Shown: in pieces, positions 20,086-31,554 of the stretch | Numbering within the stretch: position 1 is the first letter of the stretch | Layout: each line of letters begins with the position of its first letter | From: Rebecca billardiae RCC1528 | Taxonomy: Eukaryota; Protista; Haptophyta | NCBI GenBank assembly: GCA_965240325.2 | Contig: OZ251226.1 | Location: 1,426,001 to 1,490,000 of the forward strand | Direction of reading: 5' to 3' | DNA: 64,000 bases | Notes under the pieces: model-generated | Database searches by the model: none | Seen by the model: the letters and a program-made list of their open reading frames with translations, nothing else | Told to the model about the DNA's origin: nothing | Made by a program: the position numbers and the translations under genes

Positions 20086-21146
20086 GTTCATGTCCGCCGC
20101 GCCGTCGATTGATATCACGGGCCGCATGTGAACCGCCGCGCTGATTCCGTCTAAGCTACTTGAGTCTTGATGATAATTCCGGGACTTCGGGAGCGGCGAC
20201 CTACGCTAACTACCCGGCCAGTAAGAACTCACCCGAGTACCGTAAATAGGATACTAGTACGGAGTCACGTCACACGACAGCGGCAGGTTACGCGCGCTAA
20301 ATATATTCGCACTTGGCGACCGGCGAATCAGGTAATAGTAACTACTCGATCGGCGCTAGATCTAGCTTATTATGCATGACGACGACGAACCGTCACTCGT
20401 CAGCACGCGACCGTCCGACCCGCGACCGGAAGACTCAGACTGAATCCGCGCGATCAGGCGATCATCATAACTCGGACGATGATGACAGCGGCAGTCAGAC
20501 GACAGACAGACTACGGGACTTGGATTGCCCCATGACTCAGGCACGAGCCCCGACGACGAAGCTTAGCGCAGAAACGGACGACGATCGACGGCAATTCGCC
20601 CTAAAAAGAGTGCTCTGCATGCTGGGCTGCCATCGGCAGCTGGGCTCCATCGGGATCAGTGCTGGTCAGCGACCTAATAAGTGACAGATGGTAAACTTTA
20701 GATGGCGATGGCCAGTGGCAATTGGTATGCGGGTAATACTACTCTTAATGATTAACAGGATGGCGCGCACTCAGCCCGCCGCCGCCAACCAATCAGGGTA
20801 CAGTAGTACTGTGACATGGGTATTTAGGTTGCAAGCCTTTCACTCTTCTGCCTACCGTCCCGTCGACATGCACTTCCGACGACATACCGCGAGATTTTCG
20901 CGAGACAGTTCGAAAGGGCGCCACGATCTGAGATCACGGGCCAATAAGCCAGCGTCGTCCAATCCGGTCGCAGCACGCGCGGGCTTCTCGGAGCACCCGC
21001 AGGAAGCCGGCATACACAAGCTGCATGTTGACGAGGGACGAGCCGAGTCTGCAGCAGCAGTCTCACCACTCGCTCCTCCCCTCACTGCGGCAGCCCCAGG
21101 CCGCCGGCGTCGCGCGGCTGCCTTTCGCGCTCGAGACGCGAGCGCC

Positions 21147-23213
21147 ATGTCGGCAGTTGCGTCCGCCGCCGTCCCCAGTACAGCCGATGCCCACGCCCAG
21201 CCGCCCCACTCCTCAACCCTGCCCGCCCACGCGAACGGGCTGCCGGCCCCGCATCACGGAGTGGAGGCGCTGGGTGACGGCGTCCGCATGGGCGACGTGC
21301 CGCGCAACGACGGCGCACGCGCGATGCCTGTCGCGTCGGAGAGTGCCGCACCGCATCCCTATCTCCCTCTCGCCCCGGCCGCCACGCTCACCTCTCACGC
21401 GCCATACGGCGGCGTCGAGTTTGGCGGTGGGATGCCCCCGCCACATGCTGCCGCGAGCGCACGCGCGGCGGAGCAGCACGCGATGGGCATGGCCGTGCAG
21501 GAGGCGGTGGCGCGAGGCAACGATGGGCTCGACACCCCCGACGCCATCGCGCCAGGCTACGTGGCTGCGAACGCGCCGTCCATGCCGCAAAACGTCACGG
21601 GGATCACGGGGATCCCGCCAACGCCGCTCGACCCGAGCGAGTGGCTGCTGCAGATCCATCCGGCATCACGCATCCTCTTCGAGAAGCAGCTGACGCACTC
21701 GGACACCAACCGGCTCGGCCGCATGGTGCTGCCCAAGTCCTACGCGGAGCAGCACTTCTCGGCGCTCGACGGCCAGCACGGCGTGCCGGTCGTGGTGGCC
21801 GACGTGTACGGGCGGACGTGGACGTTCAAGTATCGCTGGTGGCCGAACAACAACTCGAAGATGTACCTGCTCGAGGGCATCCAGCCCTTCATCCGCACCG
21901 CCGGCTTCGAGGCGGGCGACATCTTCGTCTTTGCCGTCTGCCCACGCGGCAACTTCCAAGTCGGTGGCAAGAAGCGGCTCACGGCTGCGCCCGCGCTGCA
22001 GTCGCGCCCAAAGAGCTCTGCGTCGCTCAAGGGGAAGGCGGCGCACGGCGCGGCGGCTGGCGGCGCCGCGGCGGCGTCAGCGATAGCGCAGGTCACGGGC
22101 CGGCCGAACCCCGCGTGCGTTGCCGCGATCCCCGGGGCCATGCCGCAGTACGTCGCGCCCGTGCGCGTGCTCTCGACGCCACCGGGCCTCGCGCTCCCGC
22201 CTGCCGAGCTGCTGCCCGCTGCGCAGTCGTTCGCGCAGCAATCCCTGCAGCCGCACCCGATGCCAGAGACGTCGGTGGCGGCGTCGAGGTCAGGGATGCG
22301 CATGCCGGACCAGCTCGCCTTGCTCCCGATTGACCAGCTTCCGCTGCCCCTGCCCGCTGGCGTGAACGGCCAGCTTGGTGGCGAGCGCGGCATGACCGCA
22401 GCCGCGGCGCAGTTTGCGGCCGCTCAGGTGCTTCTGCAGCGTCCGAGGCAGCAGTCGGGCTGCGTGCCGTTGCCAACGCTGGCGGCGGCATCGGCGGAGC
22501 TCGCGCCGACGGCCGCGCTCGCACAAGAGCTTGTGGAAGCCGCAGGGCTCGCCGCCGACGGCCACAGCGACGCGCCCGCGCTCCCACCGCGCGGCAAGCG
22601 CTCGCGGGAGAAGCAGGCGCTCTGGCCCACCGTGCCATCGAACACCATCAAGATGCTCTTCGAGACCGAGCTGACGAGCTCCGATGTCCACCGAACCAGC
22701 CGCCTCGTGCTGCCCGCCGAGCACGCCGAGATGTTCTTCCCGCAGATCACGTCCGAGGTGCAAGCAATGCTCCTCACATGCTTCGAGCCGGACGGGCAGC
22801 CCTGGCAGTTCAAGTACTTTTGGTGCGCGCGACCGCCACATGTCTGCGCGCGACCGCCTCGCCGTGCGCCCCAGAGCTCACCGGACATCGCGTGCGCCCG
22901 CGCGCTCGCAATGCGACATCCCCACAGCTCGGCGGATCCGCGGCAGGGCACCATGTACGTGCTGGAAGGCGTGCCGCCGTACATCCAGCAGGCGGACCTC
23001 GTGCCTGGCGATGCTCTCGTCTTCGGCCAGAGCAGTGACGGCAACTTTATCATTGGGTCGCGCAAGCAGAGCGCCGCCAACATCATGCACTCGTCGGTGT
23101 CCCTGGGTGCTGAGCCCGCCGCCAGCGCGCTGTCTGCACGGGCCAAAGGCAAAGCCCGCAGGCAAACGCCAGCGGCTGCAGGGGAGCAAGCGGCGTGCGA
23201 CACCTCCAGCTGA
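21147..23213 (+). CDS. B3-domain transcription factor (LAV: ABI3/VAL-like) with two B3 domains; probable intron 22823-22927
   Basis: First B3 (~21675-21970): LFEKQLTHSDTNRLGRMVLPKSYAEQHF...WTFKYRWWPNNNSKMYLLEG...FEAGD. Second B3 (~22656-23065): LFETELTSSDVHRTSRLVLPAEHAEMFFP...WQFKY...MYVLEGVPPYIQQADLVPGD. Confidence 0.9.
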   Translation: MSAVASAAVPSTADAHAQPPHSSTLPAHANGLPAPHHGVEALGDGVRMGDVPRNDGARAMPVASESAAPHPYLPLAPAATLTSHAPYGGVEFGGGMPPPHAAASARAAEQHAMGMAVQEAVARGNDGLDTPDAIAPGYVAANAPSMPQNVTGITGIPPTPLDPSEWLLQIHPASRILFEKQLTHSDTNRLGRMVLPKSYAEQHFSALDGQHGVPVVVADVYGRTWTFKYRWWPNNNSKMYLLEGIQPFIRTAGFEAGDIFVFAVCPRGNFQVGGKKRLTAAPALQSRPKSSASLKGKAAHGAAAGGAAAASAIAQVTGRPNPACVAAIPGAMPQYVAPVRVLSTPPGLALPPAELLPAAQSFAQQSLQPHPMPETSVAASRSGMRMPDQLALLPIDQLPLPLPAGVNGQLGGERGMTAAAAQFAAAQVLLQRPRQQSGCVPLPTLAAASAELAPTAALAQELVEAAGLAADGHSDAPALPPRGKRSREKQALWPTVPSNTIKMLFETELTSSDVHRTSRLVLPAEHAEMFFPQITSEVQAMLLTCFEPDGQPWQFKYFWCARPPHVCARPPRRAPQSSPDIACARALAMRHPHSSADPRQGTMYVLEGVPPYIQQADLVPGDALVFGQSSDGNFIIGSRKQSAANIMHSSVSLGAEPAASALSARAKGKARRQTPAAAGEQAACDTSS

Positions 23214-24673
23214 GGAGGGTGCGGTTGCGCTCCCGGTGGCAGCACCGCTGAGAATGGTGTGCGCCTCCCGCCGGGTCTTTGCGTTCACTCCCCCGCCCCT
23301 GAGCATGGAGGGCTTTGTCGGCTGTACGCGCGTCGCACCACCACCTCCAGCGCTCAGTCTCTGCCTGACACCTGTGTTTGACTCCACTCTCTGCCGCGTA
23401 CCCCCAACTACCGTCGTGTCTGCGTGACGACAGCAGGTGCTGGTCATGCTTCCAGACATCATTCATGCAGCTCGAGTGCACGTTGAATGCCAAGGGCACC
23501 GTGACCGCTGCAGCCGCAGCAGCGGAGCGGCGCCGGCGTCCCCGTCGATGTCAAGACTTTCGCTGTCCCAGAGCGCGCTTGCTGACAATGTCTGAGCTAC
23601 CAATCGGACTGTGCAGCTCGGCAGCCGATGACGTTATTCTCATCGACTGCGATACGACTTACGACGACTGAGCGAGTGTATTCGGACTATTAAATAAATG
23701 TCGATTCAAATAGTTTGTTTAATGTTTATTTTAATAGGCAATGTTTTTAAATAGGCCGACTTTATTATACATATATATATATAATAAACTAGTCGGCGAC
23801 ACTTAGACGACGAGTTTCAACGGCGTGCAGCGGACGACTACTGCAATTGAGCAGTCAGATCTAGATCGTCTGCCGAATGACGTACGCGCGGACACGGTCA
23901 TCGGACGACCGCTCGACCGGAATCTTGCGACGCGAGTCGACGGTGAGGCTCTATCGGACCCGCAAACCGGAGTCCGAATCAGCCGACGCTACGGCCTCTA
24001 TTGAGACGGTGCCGCACCCGCAGCCGAAGATTGGACAGTCGGACCCGTGACCATTGATGCTCATCCCGCGCATCCCGCGCATGCGTGTGCAATCCGTGGC
24101 ACAGCTGTACCATTATTGCTGATACGCCTTCGACCGGGGCGCGGCGGAGCCTGTGTCCATTCCGCAACCGGCACTCGGTCACCGCCATGAGGACGTACAC
24201 GCACGCCGGTACAGCTGGGGCGCAGCGGTGGCTTGTCAGTGCGGCGGCTCTGGGAATTTAGGAAAGCCGAACTCTGAAGCCCGTCTCTACTCAGTGTAAT
24301 CAAGCACGACCATCTCACTGATAATCCGGATCGACGTCGCCGCAGCGGCGGCCACTACTAGACGCGCGCCGAACAGGTTGTCACTCGTGCTACAGTACTG
24401 TAGTTAGCTTCGCTGCAGCTGATCGCGCCCGCGACCCAAGCCCGGCGAGAGCGCATGCAGAGCGTGGAGGCTAAGGGCTCTTCCCGTGTGGACGGACCAT
24501 GTGCGTGGGGACGTCGCGGGCGGCGATGGCCGGCGATACTGATGTTCCTGTCCGGTGATCAGAGGTCGTTCGCGCCGATTCGACGAAACTCGGCTTCCTA
24601 GTACATCGTCGTCTCGAGCGGCCGAGCGCCAGGGCCCGCCGCCGTCGACCATCGCCGAGTCGCCCGTTCATCA

Positions 24674-25825
24674 ATGTCGCCGATCTCGCGCTGCCTCGTC
24701 GCCGCCGCGCTCCTCGGATGCGCGTCCGCTCTGCGCACGCCCGCAAAGCTGAACGCGCCGAGCAGGGCGGCGTCGACTGGCAGCCCGGCCAAGCTCGACC
24801 GCCGCGGCATGATTGCGGGCGCGATGTCGGCATTCCTCGCGGCGCCCGCACTTGCCGAATACACGCTGCCGGACCTGCCCTACCCGTATGAGGCGCTGGA
24901 GCCGTACATCGATGCTGCGACGATGCGCTTCCACCATGACAAGCACCATGGTGCGTTGCGCCCTTCTCGGCGCACATGCATGCCCCGCTCCTGCCGGGGT
25001 CGGCTCAATTCATTACCCACGTGCCCCGCGCCGCGCCGCTTTGCCCGCGCGCCACGTGCGCACCAGCCACGTACGTCGCGAACGTGAACAAGGCGCTGGC
25101 GGGCAAGCCGGAGAAGAGCCTCCTCGAGCTGCAGAAGGACGCGATCGCCGCGGGGCCGGCCGTGCGCAACAGCGGTGGTGGCCACTACAACCACGCCCTG
25201 TTCTGGGAGGAGGTGTGCGGCGCGGCACGCGTGGACCGTGGCCGCGCGCGCGCGCGCGCGGCTTGCCTCACGCCACGCGCGCCGCGCGCCCCGGCCCCGC
25301 CCCGCAGATGGGCCCGTCGACGGGCAAGGGCCCCTCGGGCGAGCTCGCGGCCAAGATCGACGAGGCGTTCGGCTCCTTTGACAAGTTCAAGGAGGAGTTC
25401 TCCGCCAAGGCGGCCGGCCGCTTTGGCTCGGGGTGGGCGTGGCTCGGCGTGAAGTCGGACGGCAAGCTCGCGATCGACACGACGCCGAACCAGGACAACC
25501 CGCTGATGGACGGTGGCTGCGAGACGAAGATGATCCCGATCCTTGGCCTCGGTGCGCTCGCGCGCGCGTCCACCAGCGCATCCGCTGCAGCGCCTGCTCC
25601 GCTCACCACGTGCGTCCGCCGCGCGCGCCGCGCGCGCATCTGGGTGCGCCCTGGCCACGGCTGCTGCCTGAACCCTGAATAGATGTGTGGGAGCACGCGT
25701 ACTACCTCAAGTACCAGAACCGCCGCCCGGAGTACATCTCGGCGTTCTTCAACGTGGTCAACTGGGACAAGGTGGCGGACAACTACGAGAAGTACGCCAA
25801 GCAGGGCAAGGGGGTCCCCTTCTAG
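24674..25825 (+). CDS. sodA: Mn-type superoxide dismutase with tripartite plastid/thylakoid presequence; exons 24674-24950, 25067-25212, 25308-25551, 25683-25825
   Basis: [55 protein letters not shown] and [18 protein letters not shown]. The GG-H and NQD residues are typical of Mn-specific SODs. Confidence 0.93.
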
Positions 25826-26547
25826 GCCGTGCGGCGCCACCTCACAGGACGCACGGTCACGGCCGCCACGAGGAAGTGACGAGAGTGAGCTACCGTGGGC
25901 GCGCGACACAACCGTTGCCAGCGCCGCCTGGGCCCCAAACGGGCCGCCGGGTGGCGGACGCGCGCCGCATGGGACTGGAGCGAGGGCACCGCCACCCCGT
26001 CGGAACTGTGCGATGCCGCACGGCACCACACAGCCTCCGGGACCGAGCCTCCGCAGTCCGCTGCCAGTGCCGCTGTAAGCCTGGCCGGGTCTGCTGAATA
26101 AGTGGATTCAGGCTGCGGCGGGGCTCACTGCGCTCATGGCTCAAGAGTCAGGCCACAGGCGGCGCGTGCTCTGACCATTGATGGACGATCGCCTGCCTTA
26201 CACGACATGCTGCCGCATGGTGACTGGCGCGGAGAGTCACCGCGTATAATAACGTACTGCTTTTAAATATGCAAATTCAGCAATAATACGTTACCGTCAG
26301 CTACTACTGAGTACTGGCAGAGTCATCAGAATGCTGGCCGCGGGTGATCGATCAGAATGCTGGCGGTGATCGATCAGCACTCACAGCAGTCACTACAGCA
26401 GGCTCCGTCAGTCCGTGAGAGATTCCGTGACGACTGTGTGAGACGGCTGAGACTGAGAACGTGCAAGACGCGCGTGCTACTGCTGCGTCGCGGTCGTGTC
26501 AGCGGTGACCGTGACGCACTGACGGCGACGCCGATGATGATGACGAC

Positions 26548-28359
26548 TCAGCTGATATGTGCGTGGCTGAGAGCGACATGCCAATCGACGACGGCGGCCG
26601 CGTGCCTGAGGACGGTGTGCTCGATTGTGTGCAGGCAGTCCGCCATATGCGCCTCCTGCGAGTACTCCTCGCCGACAAGGGGTGTGTGCCGCATCTTGCG
26701 CCAGCGCAGCCAGTCCATCGCGAGCTGCGTGGCGCGCCACGATCGCGCCGAGCCCCACGGGCCGTGCGCGAGCGGGATGAGAGCTTCCCACAGCGGCTCG
26801 TCGTCGTCCTCCTCCTCCTCACCTTCGTCGTCATCGTCGTCGTCGCTCGCGTCCTCATCGTCCACATCGCTCGCCCCGTCGGCGCGCTCCTGATCGGCGC
26901 GCTGGCCGCCGGCCTGAGCGCGTGCGTGCTGCACCCGCTGGCTTGCGGCGTGCCACTGCGCCGCGGGTGGCCACTCCGCCTGCGCGAGCGCCTCGAGCGC
27001 GCTGCACAGGCCGATGGCCGCGAGGTCCTCGCCGTCGAGCGCCGAGCCCTCGCTCGGCGGTCCGCGCGCGCGCGCCGCGCAGGACGCGTAGCTGTCGACG
27101 CACGCCCAGTCTGAATCTTGCAGAAGCAGCAGAGCGCTGCACGCCGCGACGAGCTCGGCGAGCCCGCGCGGCGGCGACGGCGCGTGTCCGGGCGGGGTGC
27201 GCGCCGTGGGCGGCCGCTCGCCGCGGTCGTCCTCCGCGAGGCCGAGCTCGAGCGTGAGCGTGTCCCCGAGGCCGTCCCACGGCGACGGCTGCAGGACGCA
27301 CGCCGCGCGCAGCAGCGCGATCCGCTCAGCAAAGCTGTGCAGCGCGCGCTCCGCGCTCGCCTGCAGCGCGCGCAGCTCTGCGCTGAGCGCCGCGTCCGCG
27401 GCGGCGTCCGCGGCGGCGCGCGCGGGTGCGTGGGCGCGCGCGCGCGGCGCGTAGAGCGCGGCGCTCGCGCCCACCGCGCGCAGCCAGCTGCCGTCCGCCA
27501 CGGCCTCCACGAACGCGCGCAGCTCGGCCGCGCTCACGCTCACGACGTCGGCCGGGCGTGGCGCGCTCGGCGCGCGCGGGCCGAGCAGCGACTCGAAGCA
27601 GAAGCCGTAGCGATAGATGAGGTCGGCGACGGTGAGGCCCTCGCCGTACGACTGCGTGCACTCGTCGCCCGGCGCGAGCGGCGCGAGCGCGGCGCCGACG
27701 ATCGCGCGGCCGCCCTCGGCGCGCTCGTACGCGACGGTCGGGCGCTGGCCGCTCGGCACGTCGGGCGCGTTGAGCGTGCAGACGAACGGGACGATGCAGC
27801 CGCCAAACCACGGGTTAACGTGCGAGATGACGACGGCGCACAGCGCGCACCACTCGTCGAACGTCGCGCCGCGCGAGGCCCCCGTCGCGCACGCCTTCTC
27901 GTACTCGGCGCGCAGCCGCGCGAGCTTGGCGCGCAGCGGGAGCTCGAGCTCTGAGCTGGCGAGCCAGCGCTGCCGCGCCGCGCTCCAGCGCCACGGCGTC
28001 GGCACGTCGTCGGGCAGCACGCGCAGGTGCTCGAGCCAGCGCGAGCGCGCGCCCTTGGCGCGCTCAGCCAGGATGAGCCGCGCCAGTCGCGCCTGACTGT
28101 CCACCTCGTGCGCGCGCTCGTCGTCGCGCGAGCGGGCGCGCGCGCCAAAGCACGCGCGGCGCGGGATGCGGAAGAGCACCTCGCCGCGACGGACGGCGGC
28201 AGTCGCCACGACGCCCCAGCCGTGAATGACTCGGTGCTCGCATTCGTCACCGGGAGCGACGAGGCGCACCTTGTCGCTCCACCACACACCTCGAGAGCGC
28301 AGCCACGCCTCATACGCGTCCGCCATCGTGGACGCGTTCTCACTCACGCCGGTCACCAT
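26548..28359 (-). CDS. SET-domain protein lysine methyltransferase (SETD6/Rubisco-LSMT-like); alternative start 28326
   Basis: [42 protein letters not shown] and [23 protein letters not shown]. The usual NH motif appears as [10 protein letters not shown]. Confidence 0.8.
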   Translation of the reverse strand: MVTGVSENASTMADAYEAWLRSRGVWWSDKVRLVAPGDECEHRVIHGWGVVATAAVRRGEVLFRIPRRACFGARARSRDDERAHEVDSQARLARLILAERAKGARSRWLEHLRVLPDDVPTPWRWSAARQRWLASSELELPLRAKLARLRAEYEKACATGASRGATFDEWCALCAVVISHVNPWFGGCIVPFVCTLNAPDVPSGQRPTVAYERAEGGRAIVGAALAPLAPGDECTQSYGEGLTVADLIYRYGFCFESLLGPRAPSAPRPADVVSVSAAELRAFVEAVADGSWLRAVGASAALYAPRARAHAPARAAADAAADAALSAELRALQASAERALHSFAERIALLRAACVLQPSPWDGLGDTLTLELGLAEDDRGERPPTARTPPGHAPSPPRGLAELVAACSALLLLQDSDWACVDSYASCAARARGPPSEGSALDGEDLAAIGLCSALEALAQAEWPPAAQWHAASQRVQHARAQAGGQRADQERADGASDVDDEDASDDDDDDEGEEEEDDDEPLWEALIPLAHGPWGSARSWRATQLAMDWLRWRKMRHTPLVGEEYSQEAHMADCLHTIEHTVLRHAAAVVDWHVALSHAHIS

Positions 28360-28515
28360 TCACCAAAGCACCGTCGCGGATCAGGCCTCCCAACCGCAAG
28401 GCTTGTGCTCGAGCAGCGGCGGCGCGTCCTCCGCCCGGTCGCATCCGTTCGTCTGCGGCGCAAGGCCCGCTGCGGGTGCTGCGCGGTCCGGCTGCGCGAG
28501 CTCAGCGCGGACACC

Positions 28516-29508
28516 ATGTCGCGCCCCGACCATGTCTTCAAGCTGCTGCTCGTCGGGGATGCAGGCGTGGGCAAATCGTCGATGCTGCTGCGATTCACCG
28601 ACGACACGTTCGAGGAGCACATGGCGTCGACGATCGGCGTCGATTTCAAGGTGAAGACGCTTCGGATCGGCGAGCTGACCGTGAAGCTGACCATCTGGGA
28701 CACCGCGGGGCAGGAGCGCTTCCGCACGCTCACGAGCAGCTACTATCGCGGCTGTCAGGGAATCATACTCGTGTTCGATCTGACACGCGCAGACACGCTC
28801 ACCAATGTGCAGACATGGCTGAAGGAAATTGACGTGTTCACCGCGCCGCCCGTGCCCGTCAAGCTTCTGGTGGGCAACAAGGTGCGCGCGGTGGCAGTAC
28901 GGCCCGCGTCTCGCGCTCGTCGCGGGGCGCGCGTTCCGCCGGCCTGGCGCGGGCTGGCTGAGACACTCGCCTGTGTCGCGCGCCCGCGTGCAGGCGGACC
29001 TGGCCGACCAGCGCGCGGTGAAGGACGAGGAGGCCCTCGACTTCGCGCGCAAGCAAGGGATGCTGTACCTCGAGGCGTCCGCGAAGACGCGTGCCGGCAT
29101 CCGGCAGGCATTCGAGGAGGTGCGGGGTGGGGCGCGAGCGCACGCGGCATGTTGCCGCGCTTCGCGCGAGCCGTGCGCGACACGTTCTTGTCGGGGTCGC
29201 GCGGGGCCGCGCGGCGTGGAGGCGCACGCCCTCGCGCCCTCGCGCCGGTGCTACGCGCGCCGACATCTCCACGCCTCCCTGGCGTGGCTGACCGTGCACG
29301 GCGCGCCCGGCTGCGACGGCGCGCTCGCGCCGGCCTCGACGCGCAGGCGGTGCGACGCATCCTGGACACCCCCGCGCTGCTGGTGGACACGCACGTCGGC
29401 GGCGGGGCTGCCGGTGGCGACGCAGGGCAGGGCGGCAGTAGAGGCTCGATCCATCTGACCGCGCCTGCGGACCCGCGCGATGCTGAGGGTCGTGGCTGCG
29501 CCTGCTGA
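28516..29508 (+). CDS. RAB18: Rab18/RabC-family small GTPase; exons 28516-28881, 28994-29119, 29347-29508
   Basis: [39 protein letters not shown] across a splice junction, EASAKT and a C-terminal CAC (CXC prenylation motif). Confidence 0.92.
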   Translation: MSRPDHVFKLLLVGDAGVGKSSMLLRFTDDTFEEHMASTIGVDFKVKTLRIGELTVKLTIWDTAGQERFRTLTSSYYRGCQGIILVFDLTRADTLTNVQTWLKEIDVFTAPPVPVKLLVGNKVRAVAVRPASRARRGARVPPAWRGLAETLACVARPRAGGPGRPARGEGRGGPRLRAQARDAVPRGVREDACRHPAGIRGGAGWGASARGMLPRFARAVRDTFLSGSRGAARRGGARPRALAPVLRAPTSPRLPGVADRARRARLRRRARAGLDAQAVRRILDTPALLVDTHVGGGAAGGDAGQGGSRGSIHLTAPADPRDAEGRGCAC

Positions 29509-29788
29509 GTGGTTGTCAGACGTGCAGGTCCAGGACGACATTCACTCAGACTAATAAGACTCGGAGTTGAGAGCCGGTACTTTAGGTACCAGGTACCTGT
29601 AGTGGACGCCGTACTTTACCGGAGGGCGCGGTATCGTAGCCGGCTAGCCGCGCGTGCATCGTGGAATCGGAAATCGGAAAGGGAGTCCCTCCCTTGGTGG
29701 GTGGAGTCGTCCCGACTCCCCCGCCGGCGCCCGGCGGCCATTTTTCACGCGCCCGCCTTCGCCGCAGCACTGTGGGCAAGCTCACAAC

Positions 29789-31054
29789 ATGTTCAACCCA
29801 TCGCAGGCGACGAAGCGCACCAGTGGCAACGGCGCTAAGAGTACGCTGTCCGAGAATGAGAAGCGGCTGCGCGAGGTGTTCGACATGATCGACAGGGATA
29901 GGTCGGGCAAGATCAGCGCGCGCGAGCTCGCGGTCACGCTTAGGATGCAGGGGCAGGAGATCAGCGACTCGGAGGTGGCTGAGATCCTCAAGCTCATGGA
30001 TGAGGACCACGACGGCTCGACGCTCTCGTTCGAGGAGTTCAAGCATATCTTCGCGGCCGCTGAGCTCTCGGACCATGAGCTGAGCACGACCGAGATCACG
30101 CGCGAACTCTCGCAGCACGCTCGCGCCCTGCACATGCAGGTGCTGACGCAGCACGGCTTCACGCCACTCTGGGAGACACTCGAGCGCGAGCGCGCGGCGC
30201 AACCGCCCGCGGGCGAGAGCCAGGCGCACAAGACGCGCGACGCGTGGGGACGCGCGCGGATGCAGCTCGCGAAGCTGATCGACTCGGACAAGGTGCAGGC
30301 GGTGCTCTTCGTGCTCGTCGTGTTGGACATGTTCGTCATCTGGGGCGAGCTGCTACTCGTCTTCACCGCGTGCAAGAACGACGAGTACTGCGAGGCGCAC
30401 GGCTGCCACATCGACGGCTCAGAGCACCACCTGCGCGCGCTGGCGGAGAGCTCGAGTGCCAGCGAGGACGATGACGAGACCGTCTTCGATCTGGGCGGGC
30501 TGTCGGACAAGCAGCACAAGTGGGAGGTGGTGCTGCACTCCATCTCGCTCAGCATCCTCGGCCTGCTGGGCCTGCACATCGTGCTCACCTTGGTCGCCTA
30601 CGGTGCGCGCACGCGATGCGGCCGATCGCCGCGCTCCGTCTGCCCCCAGCTCCGCGCACTCACCGCAGGCATGTGCGCGCTGCCCCCGCGCCCTCGCGGC
30701 CGGCGCCCGCCGCGCACCGTAGGCCGCGCGTTCTTTCGCAACCCGTTCTACATCTTCGACATGATCGTCGTCGGCGCCGCGTTGGGGATGGAGGCGGCGC
30801 ACATCTCGGCGGGCCCGCTCGTGGTCGTGCTGATGAGCTGGCGCGTGCTGCGGATCGCGCACGCTGCCTTCATCGCGTACGAAGTGCAGCACCACTCCAA
30901 GCACAAGTCCAAGGCCAAGGCGGCGCATCGTGCGCGCTTCGTGGAGAAGATGAAATACCACCATGCGCAGCGCGCGCAGAGTGCAGACGGCGGAGAGAGT
31001 CTCAAAAAGGGCTCCGGCTTCACCGCGGTGGTCGTAGAGGCGGCCGCCTCATGA
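29789..31054 (+). CDS. EF-hand pair fused to Hv1-like voltage-sensor/proton channel domain; probable intron 30603-30722
   Basis: EF loops DRDRSGKISARE and DEDHDGSTLSFEE. S1 is VLFVLVVLDMFVIWGELLL (Asp at ~30326), S2 LHSISLSILGLLGLHIVL, S3 YIFDMIVVGAAL, and S4 VVVLMSWRVLRIAH. No pore domain follows. Confidence 0.82.
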   Translation: MFNPSQATKRTSGNGAKSTLSENEKRLREVFDMIDRDRSGKISARELAVTLRMQGQEISDSEVAEILKLMDEDHDGSTLSFEEFKHIFAAAELSDHELSTTEITRELSQHARALHMQVLTQHGFTPLWETLERERAAQPPAGESQAHKTRDAWGRARMQLAKLIDSDKVQAVLFVLVVLDMFVIWGELLLVFTACKNDEYCEAHGCHIDGSEHHLRALAESSSASEDDDETVFDLGGLSDKQHKWEVVLHSISLSILGLLGLHIVLTLVAYGARTRCGRSPRSVCPQLRALTAGMCALPPRPRGRRPPRTVGRAFFRNPFYIFDMIVVGAALGMEAAHISAGPLVVVLMSWRVLRIAHAAFIAYEVQHHSKHKSKAKAAHRARFVEKMKYHHAQRAQSADGGESLKKGSGFTAVVVEAAAS

Positions 31055-31554
31055 CGAGTCCCGACGAGATTCACGACCGGCCGTGCCCGTGACGGCCGTC
31101 TAACTTGAACTTGCTCACGACCGGCGCACGGCCGCTCCGCGTGGCACCGCCAGGATCTTATTCTAATAATAATATTTTTTAAAGCTGATGTGATCAGGAC
31201 TCAGTACTGTGTGCGTCTGCGGAGTACCCGGGGCCTGCCGCGGAGTGCCGCGGTCTCGGAACTTCCGCCGGCGGTGCGGCCCCTACCAGTAGTTACACGG
31301 ACGAGGAGCTTAGACGGCATACGAGTATAGCCCGTTACGGCCTGCTCGCTGCGCTCACAGAGGAACGAGGGACAGCGGCCGTTACGGGCTAGACGACATG
31401 CATCGTCGTAGCTAGCTACGATCTCGCCCGCCTGAGCTGTGTGCGTCTCTTATTCTGAGTAAACTGTATGCGGGAATTGATTCTGACAAAACAGTCCGGA
31501 GCCTTCTGAGCGCCGCGGCGGCCAGCGGGTCCGGAGTCGCGTGGGCGGTGCGGG

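Noticed and set aside
20688-21146. N-terminal 153-aa extension of the B3 ORF, and similar extensions at 32654-32896 and 54080-54337
   Set aside because: The composition resembles UTR or promoter sequence. Downstream ATGs mark the start of coding-like codon usage, although the true starts need transcript data.
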